Both the position numbers and the translations under genes were made by a program. 64,000 nt of DNA from NCBI GenBank assembly GCA_951406725.2, contig OX597825.1:28830001-28894000 (forward strand), given 5' to 3'. This document shows positions 1 through 15,274 of this stretch, one piece after another. A model generated the notes under the pieces. It was not told where the DNA came from. It saw nothing but the letters and a program-made list of their open reading frames with translations, and made no database searches. How positions within the stretch are numbered: position 1 is the first letter of the stretch; the number at the start of each line of letters is the position of its first letter. The stretch comes from Octopus vulgaris. Lineage: Eukaryota.

Positions 1-699
1 CAAAGAGTTATGGTATCCCGATTACATAATCTGTAAAAATTGTCAATTATTTTGTAAAAACCTTCGCTAAAATCGCTATGCATTCAATAGAGTAATAGGC
101 CCGAAATAAACTAAGAAATATAATCTTGCTCGTGTCCTTGCTTAGAAGCCTTATGGAAGCCTTCCTTAGAAGCCAAGAAGAAATATCATCTTGTTCGTGT
201 CATTCCCGGTTCGAACGATGGAGTCTTTCCGCTTATCTTCAACAAAACATTTTCAACTATTATTCCCACACCTTCTCTAGCAGATGCAAATTCCTATTTA
301 AAAGTTTATTGCAAATTAGCTGTTAACTTTCAAATCCGCCTACTGCTTCGCTGTCTTTTTAGCCAGTCTACTTCATCTCATGTCCCCTAGAATCTCTGGC
401 CTTGTACCAAAATTTACGCTGTGGATGCTAGAATCAGTAAAAAATGAACTAAAGAATTAGTTACCATCTTTTGTGGTATTTGTATGTACGTGTGAGCATA
501 AAACCTTTGCTTTGATGAAAATAAGCGTGCCCCAGAAAACGCCTCAGAATAGCAGAGATTTTCTGTAAGAATTGTGCTACAAGTATGGATACAATTATTT
601 TTTTTTAATTATAAAGACTTTTAAAATTACTATATCTTTGTACTAATTGGTTTTATTTAATTTTCCTATTGATTACTTATATAAATATAAATATAAATA

Positions 700-985
<286 letters not shown>

Positions 986-1477
986 GTTTTACGATACTCG
1001 TATTTGAAGATGTTGGCACCATTCGTTGTTTATTCTCAATCATTAATTTTTTCGGCTTTATATTTCCTATTTGTTAATTTTATCATATTCTGTTGATTAT
1101 CTCTGTAATTAAAAGCAACTATTTACATTCAAATTAGGTAAATGTAAATGGAATATTCCTTTGATCTTTCTGTTCATTTTGTTGCTGTATTTCTGCTGTA
1201 CGTGTTTTATACCGGCTGCGTTGCTGGCTGTTGTTGTTATTGGTGTTGTTGTTGTTGTTGTTGTTCCTCGCCTTACTGCTGTTGTTATCGTTGTTGATGT
1301 TATGTAATTTCGGTTATTTTCTATATTAATGATAGGTTATTAGTCGTCCATCAATATCTACTTAACATGAATGTGCACGTGAATATATATTAAATATAAG
1401 TGCGTATGTTAGTGTATATATTTCTATGCTATTTTACTCGCCTATATCTATATGAAGTTAAGACTGTGTATGTATGC

Positions 1478-1547
<70 letters not shown>

Positions 1548-1920
1548 ATGAATATGTGTGTGGGGGGAAGGTAAGAGTGTGTGTGGGTAAAGGTAAGAGT
1601 GTGTGGGGGTGTATGTGTGCGCATATATATATTTGTGTATGTGTGTGTGCAAATATATGTATATGCAAACATGTCTTTACACACGCACACACACACACAT
1701 ATATATATACATGTATATAACAACGTGTATTTGTATGTGTATAAACACGTGTATTTGTATGCGTGTGTACGTGTGCGTATGTGTATGTGAGCATGTGCAT
1801 ATATGCGAATGTATGCGTTTGTGTGTGTGTGTGCGTGTGTGTGTGTGTGTGTGCGTGTGTGTATGTGTGTGTGTGTGTGTGTGCGTGCGTGTGTGTGAGA
1901 GAGCGTGCGTGTGCGTGAGT
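1478..1920. repeat. compound (AT)n/(GT)n microsatellite
   Basis: Directly visible. Confidence 0.9.
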
Positions 1921-2372
1921 CAAGTTGTAAAAAGAACTAAAGAAATCAAATATGTAATTAGCGGTCTTCGAGAAAGCGATTACTGGTGTTTGAAATTGTT
2001 GTTGTTGTTGTTGTTGTTGTTGTTATTGCTGTTGTTGCTGCTGCAGCTTCTGCATCAGCAGCAGCTGTTATTGTTGTTGTTGCTGTTGTTATTAGGGTTA
2101 TTGCAGCTTTGATAGTGTTGTAAACATTCTAATGGGAAGGAGGCAAATGAAACTGAAGTGGGATATCATTGACTGAGATTCCACTGAATGTGTTTATGGT
2201 TCACGTATCTGTGCTCTTAAATATGTATGTGCGTGCATGTACGTATGTGTATGTGAGTATGTGTGTCTGCGTGTCTGTTTGCACACGTGACTGTGCGCGC
2301 ACTGGTACTGAAAGAATTAAAGCTATTAACAAATATATACATATATAAACGGATACATACGTACATACATAC

Positions 2373-2421
<49 letters not shown>

Positions 2422-2447
2422 GTGCATATATATGCATATACATATAC

Positions 2448-2478
<31 letters not shown>

Positions 2479-2607
2479 TTATATATATATATTTGTATAT
2501 ATATATATATATTTGTATATACTTTATTTTAAGCAGCAGAAAAATCAACAAAATCTGTTACTCTGAGTTTCTCGTTGCCGTTCATCAGACAGTTTTTGCT
2601 ATATATT

Positions 2608-2714
<107 letters not shown>

Positions 2715-2762
2715 GTACTTGCATAGCAAGTGATTTGATCTGAGATCGTGTGCTGGAACGAA

Positions 2763-3043
<281 letters not shown>

Positions 3044-3362
3044 CAATAAGGGTAGAAATTAATGTTAATCAATTAAAACCAGTGAGTTAGTATATTTAAA
3101 AAATCAGAAAGAGAAATCGACCGACTAATTCGTACATTACAAGTGCAATCTGTGAGGGGAACAGTAAATATATGTAAGCCCTTTCTCAAGTTCCAAATAT
3201 GAATTTGTCTGTCTTAAATACATCCCAAATATGGAGCCTTGGATCTAGGTTAGAAACCAGCTCTTTCTCTATAAGCAAGAAATCCTGAAATAAAACTGGA
3301 TAAAACACACACATACATATGTACATACATATACACGTACTTACGTACATAGTCATTTTGGA

Positions 3363-3736
3363 GGATTCCGTCGTATATATATATATGTGTGTTTGTTTGT
3401 GTGTGTGAGTGAATGTGTGTGCGTGTACGTGTGTGTGTGTTTGCATTTGTTCTCCGTCTACCGTTTGACAACCGACCGGGGTTGATTTGTTTCATTATAC
3501 ACATTAAGCCGGTGCTCCAGCATGGCAGTTGCTGTTCAACGACTGAAACAAGTAAAGTATGAAAGATATATGTATTTGCAGGAGTGGCTGTGTGTTAGGT
3601 AGCTTGCTTACCAACCACATGGTTCCGGGTTCAGTCCCACTGCGTGGCACCTTGGACAAGTGTATTCTACTATAGCCTCGGGCCGACCAAAGCCTTGTGA
3701 GTGGATTTGGAGGACAGAAACTGAAAGAAGCCCGTC

Positions 3737-3797
<61 letters not shown>

Positions 3798-4149
3798 GTG
3801 TGTTTGTTCGTGTGTGTGAGTGAATGTGTGTGCGTGTACGTGTGTGTGTGTTTGTATTTGTTCTCCGTCTACCGTTTGACAACCGACCGGGGTTGATTTG
3901 TTTCATTATACACTTTAAGGCGGTGCTCCAGCATGGCTGTTGCTGTTCAACGACTGAAACAAGTAAAATATGAAAGATATATATATATTTGCAGGAGTGG
4001 CTGTGTGTTAAGTAGCTTGCTTACCAACCACATGGTCCCGGGTTCAGTCCCACTGCGTGGCACCTTGGGCAAGTGTCTTCTACTATAGCCTCGGGCCGAC
4101 CAAAGCCTTGTGAGTGGATTTGGAGGACAGAAACTGAAAGAAGCCCGTC

Positions 4150-4240
<91 letters not shown>

Positions 4241-4490
4241 TATGTATGTATGTATGTATGTATGTATGTGTGTATACGTTTGTGTGTCTGTGTTTGTCCC
4301 CCAACATCACTTGACAATCGATGGTGATGTGTTTACGTCCCCGTAACGTAGCGGTTCCGCAAAAGAGACCGATAGAATAAGTACTAGGCTTACAAAGAAT
4401 AAGTCCTGGGGTCGATTTGCTCGACTAAATGGCGGTGCTCCAGCATGGTGGAAGTCAAATGACTGAAACAAGTAAAAGAGTAAAAGAGTA
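3363..4490 (+). mobile_element. tandemly duplicated tRNA-derived CORE-like SINE (family B) with internal microsatellite
   Basis: Heads at 3578 and 3991 have box A tggctgtgtg, box B ggttcagtcc and CORE-like gtggcaccttgggcaagtgtctt. Tail is gactgaaacaagtaaaagag. A unit of about 410 bp is duplicated. Confidence 0.85.
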
Positions 4491-4891
4491 ATAGAAATGG
4501 AAAGCGTTGTATGATCAACAACTGAGATCGTACAGAACGTCGAATGACATGATACGAACCCTCAGCTAACTGTATTATCTGCAAACCTAACAAGTTAACA
4601 TATCGGTCATTTTCTTTTTATAATTTTGCATTTTGTATTTAACTTATCTTCTCAGAGTCTGTTTACCTCATTTTCCAATGGTTTCTATTTGATTTAAAGA
4701 AAGAGTAAAAACAACACCATCCCATCTATTTACAATATACATACGTGAGAATCATATTAATGTAAGAGATTTAATGATAAGTTGTTTGCGAAGATGAGAT
4801 GGGGGAAGCTTGATGAGTTCATGATAAGATGTATACATGTGTATGTGTGTATATCTGTGTGCATGTATGCTTCTGTGTGAGTTCGTACGAG

Positions 4892-4942
<51 letters not shown>

Positions 4943-5731
4943 TGTATGTATGTGATTTCTACGCTACTTAGGTGTGGAATAGTACTTGACTGCACTAATG
5001 TTGATAATGTAGACGACAATGGCGAAGATGATAATGGACATGATGATGAGGAGGAGGAGGAAGTGAATAATGGTGTGGTGGTTGTGGCGTTGGTGGTAAC
5101 GATGAAGACGAAGAGGTGCAGGGGCAGAAAGAATAGCAAGGTGCGGGAAGAATTCAAAGTAGGAAGAGAAGAATGGCGGTGCGATGATTAGTGTATGGGA
5201 CTAATAAGAACAGAGGGATACAGGCAGGTTGTGGCGTATTAGAAAACGGATATTAACATGATTAAAAATGATATTGTCTTGTTACTCACTATACACACCC
5301 ATATATATATATACATATATACATATATATCATATATATATATATATGTGTATACATACACATATATACTCATAAATACTCATTTATATATATATATGTG
5401 TGTGTTTGTGTGTGTGTATGTGCGACTGATGTATGATGGTGAATAACACCTCACTGTGGCAAATGAGAAATGAGAGAGAAAAAAATTGCACTGGTTGACC
5501 TCATTGAATGGGTGTCGGCTACAATTTTCTTCAATAAACATCATTACGGCAGGAACTTCTTTGGCAGTCGGGGAAGTAACTCTACAGAAATTCTTCATCT
5601 TGCTGTCTATTTATGCCTCTATACATGTGTATAGCATCATTTATGTCTCCATCTGTATCCGCTTGTATGTAAGAATATGTGTGTGTGAGTATGTGTGTGT
5701 GCGTACGTGACCACGTGCACACACGTATATA

Positions 5732-5766
<35 letters not shown>

Positions 5767-6723
5767 CTTATCCTTGTTGTTTAGTCCAAAACATAAAAGT
5801 ACACACCACACTCGTTTGTCAAAAGTACGTCGAATCTAATATTTTTCTTCTTAATCAACCAATTAGGACAGTGGATCGTAAAATTGCTCTTGCAAGATCT
5901 ACAGTCCGGTACATCAATATGTATATACAGAAAAAATATTGATAGATAGATGGCTAGATTGATAGAAAAATAGATAGATAGATAGATAGATAGATAAACA
6001 CATTAGTGCTCAGTTCTTGGACCTTCATAACATCGTACAGTTTGCTAGATGTTTTTTCTTTTGTTCAGATGTAAAGCAGTATTCGTATCTCATTATATGA
6101 CTTCATGGACCTGTGGCGAGGTGAGAGAAGGAAATCTTCGTGCTGGAAACCTGGTCCGAGTACTTGTAACAGAGCGGACTCCACTAAAAAGACCTTAGTT
6201 AGAAGATGGTGGTGCAAAACTGGCCGTCACTTTTAATTTAATAACCAAATACGTAAGCTATGGCCAGATTTGAACTTAAAAAGCAAACATTCAGCACAAT
6301 TACTGCAAGGCATCCGACCCAACGTTCATATGGTTCCGCCAATCCCCCACCTTGGATAATAATTCTTTTTAAATAATTGTTTCGGTCATAGGACTGAGGC
6401 CATGCTGGAGCACGGCATTTAAGGGTTTCGTCGAACAAATAAACCCCTGTACTTACTGTTTACGTTTGGTACTTATTGTATCGGTTTTCTTTTTTTCCTT
6501 TTGCTAAATCGTTATGGGGTGAGGGTGCGTAAACAAACCAACTTTTGTGAAGGCATTGGTCGATACGGATCCTCGCAGAAGACACACTCAAGGTACCGCG
6601 CAGGGAGGCGGAATCCGACACCACGTGCTAGCAAAGGGAACTTCTTTCCGCGCAACCTATGCTACATATTTTTACCGATTCTGGAAGTATGAAAGGTAAA
6701 GTTAAATTTTGCATAGAGAGTCG

Positions 6724-7141
6724 GGATCTTTTCGGTTTGAACGGAAGTTTTTTCTAGCGGTGTCATATGAAATTGTCACCTATAATTATGACATTAGTAT
6801 CGATCTACTGCATTTCAATCTGTTTTAGGGTTAGGGTTAGGGTTAGTGGGGGAAGGGTATATTATTTTCTGCACAAATATAAATAAACCCAATCTGTTCC
6901 TTAAACGAGGGACATATTCATACGGCACAGAATGTTTTTTACCTCAATAGATGTCAGTGATTGGTTGAAATTGCAGAAATTGAAGAAAAACAACAACAAA
7001 TATCTTACAAACTATAGAATTTTCTCAATAAAGCCAAGAGAAAAAGATGTATTATAAACACATTCTACCAGTATACGGAGTTTAAAATGTTTTAGTTACC
7101 TAGAAATTATGTTAGAAACTGCCGTTCAAACCGAAAAGACC
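6724..7141. mobile_element. MITE (non-autonomous DNA transposon, GG...CC ends, about 8-bp TSD) containing (TTAGGG)n
   Basis: 18-bp TIR core tcttttcggtttgaacgg (6727-6744) / ccgttcaaaccgaaaaga (7122-7139). Flanks gagagtcg/gagagccg. It interrupts a decayed minus-strand family A SINE. Confidence 0.8.
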
Positions 7142-7284
7142 GAGAGCCGGAACAAATATTGCGAAGTTTTCTACCTGACTCACTAACGATTTTGCCAATT
7201 TGCCGCCTTAAATTAGTCAGTGTTAGAATTGGTCAGTCTTAGAAGATGTGTATAATGTCTCTATTCAATGTAACATTTCTACAA

Positions 7285-7475
7285 AGGCGGCAGAATCGTT
7301 AGCACGCTGGGCGAAATCATTGTCGGCATTTCGTCCGCCTTTAAGTTCTCAGTTCAAATTCCCCCGAAGCTAATTTTGCTTTTCATACTTTAGGAGTCGA
7401 TAAAATAAGCACCAGTTGTTATCGAATCACCCATTACCTCGAAATTGTTTCCCTTGTGCTAAAATTTGAAACCAA
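7285..7475 (+). mobile_element. tRNA-derived SINE family A, diverged
   Basis: ggcagaatcgttagcacg head, gttcaaattcc box B, tttcatactttaggagtcgataaaataagcacc core. Confidence 0.75.
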
Positions 7476-8536
7476 TATAAAATCCTTACATCCATTTATC
7501 CATCGGTCCCACCGTCCGTCCATCAGTCCATATATGCGGATATACACAATTTAGTTAAACTTACTACTCAGAATTGAATCTGTAAACAGAGAAGTGAAAA
7601 TTTTATTCAACTTTTGTAATATTCAATGTGTAATTAATTCTTGTATATTTCCGGTCTAAGACCTCAATGATGTATTTTTTATTTCTTAGAAATTCGTGTC
7701 TTCTATAGAATATTTTTTAAATAACAATAAAAGGAAGAGATAGGTATACATACGTGCAGATAGACTGATTTAAATACAAACTGTTCTCAAAACGCAAGCA
7801 GTTAGTAGTAGTAGTAGTAGTAGTAGTAGTATCAGCAGCCGTTCAAGAATTTGGACCTGAAGATCTCCATTTCCAGCGACTTCGAGGGCCACCACCCAGT
7901 GGTGTCGGGTGTCAACGAAGAGCCATCGACTACAAGATGACCAAAGGTTTTTTTTTCCAAGGTCTGGGGTCTCCCACCCCTAAGCCCTAGACCATCACTT
8001 AATCACCCTTACCCCGTCTTGTTGCTTAACAACAACAACAACAACAACAACAGCAGCCAGAATATTTTGAAATAGAACTGAAAAGAAAAATGTCACTAAT
8101 AACGATCAACATTGAAACTAGCGAATCAAAAGACTATTGGTGGAATCAGACAAACCTCAGAATTCGACTGATACGTATTTCCTGATACTCGAAAGGATGT
8201 GAGGCACAGGCAAAGTCAACCGCGACGGAATTTGAACTGAGAACGGAGGAAATAGTAAGAAATATATAAACAGAGAGCATATGGGTATTTCGTTCTCTTC
8301 AGAAAATAACAGTTCTTGTTACTGTTATTGTGGTAGTTTACATTGTGTTTGATAATGTACCTGTTGATCCGTGTTGTCTCGAAATGGTGTTTCTAATGTC
8401 TATAGATATTTACACCATTTTACGGTGTATACATTAAATATAAAACATCCACATTTCCAGAACTTCACGGTAAATTGTAGAAAATTGTTATTGCCTTATT
8501 AATAGTTTGGTATATGTTGTGTTATGGAGCTGGGAC

Positions 8537-9005
<469 letters not shown>

Positions 9006-9297
9006 TGTCTGACTGTGTCTGGGTGTTAAAGGGAGAGTGAGTAACATTGTGTGTATATACACTATACACGCATCTATGCATGTATGATAGAAATATATAT
9101 ATAAAAAAAAAGCTAGCAACAATTGAAAAGAATACAAATATAAAACAGAGGTAAAAAAAAAAAAACAGACAAATATTGGCAGAAAAAGAGATGGCGAGGA
9201 CGGAGAGCGCGTGGGTGGTGATAGACGAGAGAAAATAGCCGCTAGCAGATGGATAAATAGACAGAGAGTGAGAGACAGGGAGGGAGAGAGAAAGTGG

Positions 9298-9338
<41 letters not shown>

Positions 9339-9685
9339 AGTGTGAAGATGTGGGTAGCCTGGGAAAGAGAAAATGGGCTTGTTTTTCTCCATTTATTGAT
9401 ATTTTCTATCATAATTTATATTTCTCGTTTAGACTCAAGTGGAAAATGAATTAACACCTCCCCTCTTATTATTATTTTTTTCTCAGACGGAATGTCTCTA
9501 ATAATGTCCATAAACATGCTTACACTCCTAGTAAGGAATACCATCAAATACCATTATTCTCTCGTTTATTCACTGAGAGTTATGGCTTTTTTGATATTTT
9601 CATTTGTTTTGTTATATTATTCATTCAGTTCGTAATTTATTTTATTATAGTATATATTTTATTACAAGTTTATTTATTTATCAAT

Positions 9686-9812
<127 letters not shown>

Positions 9813-10203
9813 GGCGGCGAGCTGGCAGAATCGTTAGCACGCTGGGCGAAATGCTTAGCGGTACTTCATCTGCCGCTACGTTCTGAGTTCAAATTCCGCC
9901 GAGGTCGACAGTGTCTTTCATCCTTTCCGGGTCGATAAATTAAGTACCAGTTACGTACTGGGTCGATTTAAGCGACTAGCCTCCTGCCCCCAAAATTTCG
10001 GGCCTTGTGCCTAGAATAGAAAAGAAAGAAAGAAATAGAAATAGGTATTTCGTCTGCCGCTACGTTCTGACTTCAAATTCCGCCGAGGTCGACTTTGCTT
10101 TCATCCTTTTGGGGTCGATGAAATAAGTACCAGTGAAACACTGGGGTCAATGTAATCCACTTAATCCCCTTCCTCAAGCTTCTCATGTGGCAAAATTTGA
10201 AAT
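9813..10203 (+). mobile_element. SINE family A, head-to-tail dimer
   Basis: ggcggcgagctggcagaatcg head, gagttcaaattcc box B, core ctttcatcctttcggggtcgataaattaagtaccag (resembles the Nin/Deu-type SINE core, from memory). The second unit starts at gtatttcgtc. Confidence 0.85.
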
Positions 10204-10209
10204 CATTAT

Positions 10210-13200
10210 TTTTATTATTATTTTGTCTATTCTGAAAGACTCTCGGATAGTTCGTAATTACCGGTAATTCTTTACTTGAAAGGAGGCAATAACAAATCAC
10301 CAAAGGTTTCAAGTAGTACCTTCTCCTGTGACTCAAAGAGACAATACTCTCCTTAGAATGCCGTCTTCTGTACCCAACAATGCTGTCTTCTGGATCATCT
10401 CGAGCCTGACAACAGCTCGAATATTTTCAATGTTTTCAAAGCCCTTGGAAACAGCTCCTAATGCTCCAATCACCACCAGTGTCACCATTACTTTCCTCAT
10501 GCACCATAACTTTTCTTCCTCGTCCCACAGTGGCGCTGGTGTTTCTCAATCTTTTCTCTTTCCTTACCTTTCATCCTTGAATCGTCTGGTAGTGCAACAT
10601 CTATTGTCTTTACTTCTTTTTCATCTTTATGGATGAGCACAATATCTGGTCGCCTCGCCTCTATGACTTGGTCGCACTGCATGTTAAAATCCCAGAGTAT
10701 TTTGCAATGTTTCTTTTCCATTATTCCTTCTGGCTTGTTTTCATACCATTGGTTGGCGCTCTCAGGGTTTGTTTAACTGCACAACAGCCAGTGGACATAC
10801 CTGACCACATTGTCGTGTCTCCTTTTGTATTCGCGTTGTGCAAGCTTACAGCACTCGCTAATAATATGGCTTATACTTTCTTCTTCTTCTTCTTCTTCTT
10901 CTTCTTCTTCTTCTTCTTCTTCTCCTCCTCCTCCACCACCTCCTATCCCTTCTTCCCCTCCCCCTCCCCTCATATTCCTTCCTCCTCCTCCTCCTCCTCC
11001 TCCTCCTCCCCCCATCCTCCCATCCTCCTCCTTCCCCCTTCCCCTCCTTCCCCTCCTCCTCCCCCTCCTCCTCCTCCTTCCCTCTCCTCCTGTTCTTTTT
11101 TCTGGTTTTTAAGTTTGTTTATGTTTTTTGGTTTCCTTAGTAGACTTTCTTCACTATTACCAATGTAAGAGTCTATATCTGCCCTAGCTAACTCCACGCA
11201 GTCTTCTACTAATATTAACCCTCTCTAGCTTTCCTTTCTAAGTAAGTATAATCTTGCTACTCCTGCTTTTGGATGGAGTCCTCCATTCATATTAAATTCC
11301 TTCCTAGTTGTCTGTCTAGCTTTGTTAATTCAGTTTTTGTCCAATCTACAAACGCTGCTGAATATCTAAATAATGATACTGCCCATGTACTTACAGCCTT
11401 CACTAGATACGGACCATTTAGCTTTGACTTCATTAGCTTCCTCACCCTTCTGATGTGCTCCTCAATTTTCATTTGTTCCTTTCTAGAGCTGGTAGTCTGT
11501 TAGATTCTAATACTCCTGGATGCTAATAATTATCTCCTCCTATCAATGATTTTAATGTCTGGTCATCTGGTAATTGGATGCCTTCACTGCTGACTACCTG
11601 TACCCTTCTCATGACTAATATTGCACACTTGTCTATGCCAAATTCCATACCTATCTCTTTGCTTAAAAGTCTTAGAGTCTGTATTAAGGATTCTATCTCT
11701 TTTTACTCCATGTAGAACAAATGGTTAATTTTTCCATTACTATTTCTGAACTCATAACCTGCCTTTGCCTTCATTAATACTAAACTGACAGGAGGGAAGC
11801 ACTCCGTCGGTTACGACGACGAGGGTTCCGGTTGATCCGATCAACGGAACAGCCTGCTCGTGAAATTAACGTGTTAGTGGCTGAGCACTCCACAGACACG
11901 TGTACCCTTAACGTAGTTCTCGGGGATATTCAGCGTGACACAGAGAGTGACAAGGCCGGCCCTTTGAAATACAGGTACAACAGAAACAGGAAGTAAGAGT
12001 GAGAGAAAGTTGTGGTGAAAGAGTACAGCAGGGATCACCACCATCCCTGCCGGAACCTCGTGGAGCTTTAGGTGTTTTCGCTCAATAAACACTCACAACG
12101 CTCAGTCTGGGAATCGAAACCGCGATCCTACGACCGCGAGTCCGCTGCCCTAACCACTGGGCCATTGCGCCTCCACAAACTGACAGGGATCAAATATAAG
12201 ACAAATATTATCGGGTACAACGTGTCCCGCTGGAAAATTCCTCTTTTGATATTAATTTTCCCTAAAAGTGTATCACCTGAGTAGATATTTACTTTCAATT
12301 TCTTCATGCTAAAACTACTTTCTGTTATGTCCTATGCTATACTGACTATACCCAAACATTCATTTATCCATGAGTGTGGGATCATGCCATAGGATTCCCT
12401 ATAATCTATCCATGCCATTGTTAGATTTTTTCCTTCTAGCTTTTACTTCATTTAGAACTGCTTTGTTTATGCATAATAGATCATGCGTTCCTATAGCCTT
12501 CTTCCTGCAACCTTTTTGTTCTTCTTGCAGTAAATTCTGGTTGTCAAGGCTCTCGTAAATGCTTTCTGAAAGCATTCTTGTTAACAGCTTCCACACTAAT
12601 GGTAAGCAAGTGATTCGTCTATAATTGCTAGCTGTATTACTCTTGCTCTTAACTTTCACAAGAAGCATTGTCCTCCCTCTAGCCATCCAATTTGGTATTA
12701 TTCCTCCATTAAGGCAATCCTGAAGTTGTTCTCTCAGCCTTCCATGTAAACTACTAAATTTCTTTACCCAGTACCCTTGAACTAAATCTGTTCCTGGGCC
12801 CTTCGAACCCGGCATTTTTCCTAACACTTTACTCATTAATGTACTAGTTACTCTTAGATCCAGCAGCTTCTCACTCACTTTCTTCAACCATACTGCATCT
12901 CCATTATAATTAACTGATTTATCCCAAATATTACTCAAGAACTTTCTAGTTTCTTCTTCATTAGGTTCCCATTTTCAGTTATAAAATCGACTCTGGTCTG
13001 TCTCAAATAATCTATTCTGTAGATACTGATCTTTTTTTTTTCTGATCTCTGGAGATCTTACCTGCCACTGCTATGATACGCTGTTTCAACTCTTCTATGA
13101 CTTTCTCTTTGACTAAGAGAATCCTTTCTCTTTGAAAAGTGTCTTTTCTTAAGAGAAGATCTGTATCTTGTGTTTCCTAACTTGTTCAGTTTCCAGACTT

Positions 13201-13990
13201 TAATTCTACTTAGATCTTGTCTTAAAGTCTTCACTTTATTTTGTAATCTCTTTTTTCACATTAGTTCTTTAATCTTTCTTGTGGAATATCTGATCTGCTA
13301 GCAATTACTACTCCTCCTGCATAGACCAATGAGTTAGCGTCTCCTATATTTTTTAGTATCTATTCTGCTGATAACAGAATCTACTTTCCGAGTAATTTCT
13401 TGTAGCTTCCTTCTGTTGGTGTCTTTTAATGCTGGCACTCTTATTCCTTCTTCTTTACTCTTTACTTCCTGCACTTCATCAAAAATCTTCTGATATCCTC
13501 ACTGAAATCACTTAAGTCGTTGGTACCCGTTGTCCTTTCCTTAATACTAGCGCTATTATTAATTTTTTCCCTTTAGGTTCTTCTTTGGCGTGATTTGTAT
13601 CTCTTATGTTGTTGTTTGTCTTTCCTACTGCCTGGTCTTTCTTTTCCCGTTCTCTTATGATTTCTTCCACCCCCAATTCTGTCATCCACATTTTTCTCTT
13701 AATAATCTCTGCTCAGTCGCTTTAAGCATAGCCTTCTCTACCCAAAGTATTAACGTCCATTTTCTATAGCCTTTCTTTTAGGTTCACTGTCTTAGTAGCA
13801 CCGCACCACTATCCTGTTTCCTTCGCTGGTCAACTTCCGCCTCCTTACTCAATTATCTGCTGATGCTGTATTAGGATGACAGCTGTGGTCAGTCTGCATC
13901 TTTACTGAATCACTGTCGAGCGAAAGGCCTTCTCTTAAAGGTCCAGCTTCATTTTCACTGTTCCATTCAGTGGTTCTGCGGACACTCCTG
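10210..13990 (-). mobile_element. near full-length decayed Dong/R4-clade non-LTR retrotransposon (RT plus restriction-like endonuclease)
   Basis: ORF pieces: SNYRRITCLPLVWKLLT...EEQKGCRK (RT); KSKLNGPYLVKAVSTWAVSLFRY; ESISHIISECCKLAQREYKRRHDNV (zinc knuckle/RHD); ILWDF...ARRPDIVL...IDVALP (PD..D endonuclease); C-terminal IQKTALLGT..ILRRVLSL*. The 3' end lies at TAA repeats. Many frameshifts. Confidence 0.9.
11793..12176 (-). mobile_element. tRNA-derived SINE (family C) inserted in the LINE
   Basis: Minus-strand head tggcccagtggttagggcagcg...gtttcgattcc. Perfect 11-bp TSD aaactgacagg at 11782-11792 and 12177-12187. Confidence 0.9.
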
Positions 13991-14017
13991 TGAAAAACGG
14001 AGGTAATTATGAATATA

Positions 14018-14240
14018 CTCTTTTACTTGTTTCAGTCATATGACTGCGGCCATGCTGGAGCACCGCCTTTAGTCAAGCAAATCGACCCCGGGACTTATTC
14101 TATCGGTCTCTTTTGCCGAACCGCTGAGTGACGGGAACATAAACACACCAGCATCGGTTGTCATGCCACGCAGTGGGACTGAACCCAGAACCATGTGGTT
14201 GGTTAGCAAGCTACTTACCACACAGCCACTCCTGCGCCTG
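14018..14240 (-). mobile_element. SINE family B, internally deleted
   Basis: Reverse complement of the family B head and tail, joined without the middle microsatellite. Confidence 0.85.
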
Positions 14241-14244
14241 TATA

Positions 14245-14257
14245 TTTATTATTATTA

Positions 14258-14298
<41 letters not shown>

Positions 14299-14332
14299 AT
14301 TATTATTATAATTATTGTTATTATTATTATTT

Positions 14333-14409
<77 letters not shown>

Positions 14410-14410
14410 G
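14245..14410. repeat. (ATT)n microsatellite
   Basis: Directly visible. Confidence 0.95.
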
Positions 14411-15274
14411 CTTTCAGCCGCGAAAATTATGTTCGTTATCAGCTCTGTAATTTTCTTACATGTATCGAGTACAATTCACGGAAACCTTTTGCATTTAGTT
14501 TTGAAACTGAAACCATCGCAAGAGACAAGTTGTTTGCTGTTAACTGAAGAATTTGTTTTCATACTTCGCCTCCCATTTTTGGGAGACATTTCCATTTACC
14601 TTCGTCTCTGTAATGAAAAGTTGTTTTCTCTCTCTATGAAGAAATCTTTAGACAACACGGTGAAGATCTTGATTAAGAGAGACGGGAAGAGTGTGAGGAA
14701 TGTTATCAGAACGAAGTGGAAAGTATGAGTGGGACGCGCTATATCGTCGCAGTGAAAACAGACGACAGCGTAAAATAAAATACATTTGAAGATAAAGAGA
14801 AAATGGAAAATTATCACGACCACCACGAACAACAGCAATAACAATAGCACCACCAACAAAACAACAGATGTGAAAATGAACTGAAAATGAAAGAAATTAG
14901 CAAAGAAAACATCGAAGCCTCCACCATTACTATCAACATAAACACCAAATTTCAAAACAAACAAAAAAATGAAAAATTCTTACGAAGAAAAATCGAAGCA
15001 ATCACGATCACAACACTACCACCATCTACTACCTACCTACCTACAACAACAAGACCAACAGCACATCTTTCACCACAATTACTCAAAACAGATTGGTGGA
15101 ATACACTTTCGAACAACATGAGTTTAGGAATAATTTAAGAAAACGCCTGGTGAAACCTAATATCTTTGTTCTGCCGTTTTACGGAAAGAATCAGATCGCA
15201 GAAAAACTGATCTATCGATGTCTTAGCGAGTTGTTGTTGACAAACAACGGCAGTAATTTTATTCAGCTGAATAC

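Noticed and set aside
6825-6847. True telomere or fusion site
   Set aside because: Only three perfect units, inside a MITE.
12100-12176. tRNA gene
   Set aside because: It is the head of a TSD-flanked SINE and lacks a complete acceptor stem and terminator.
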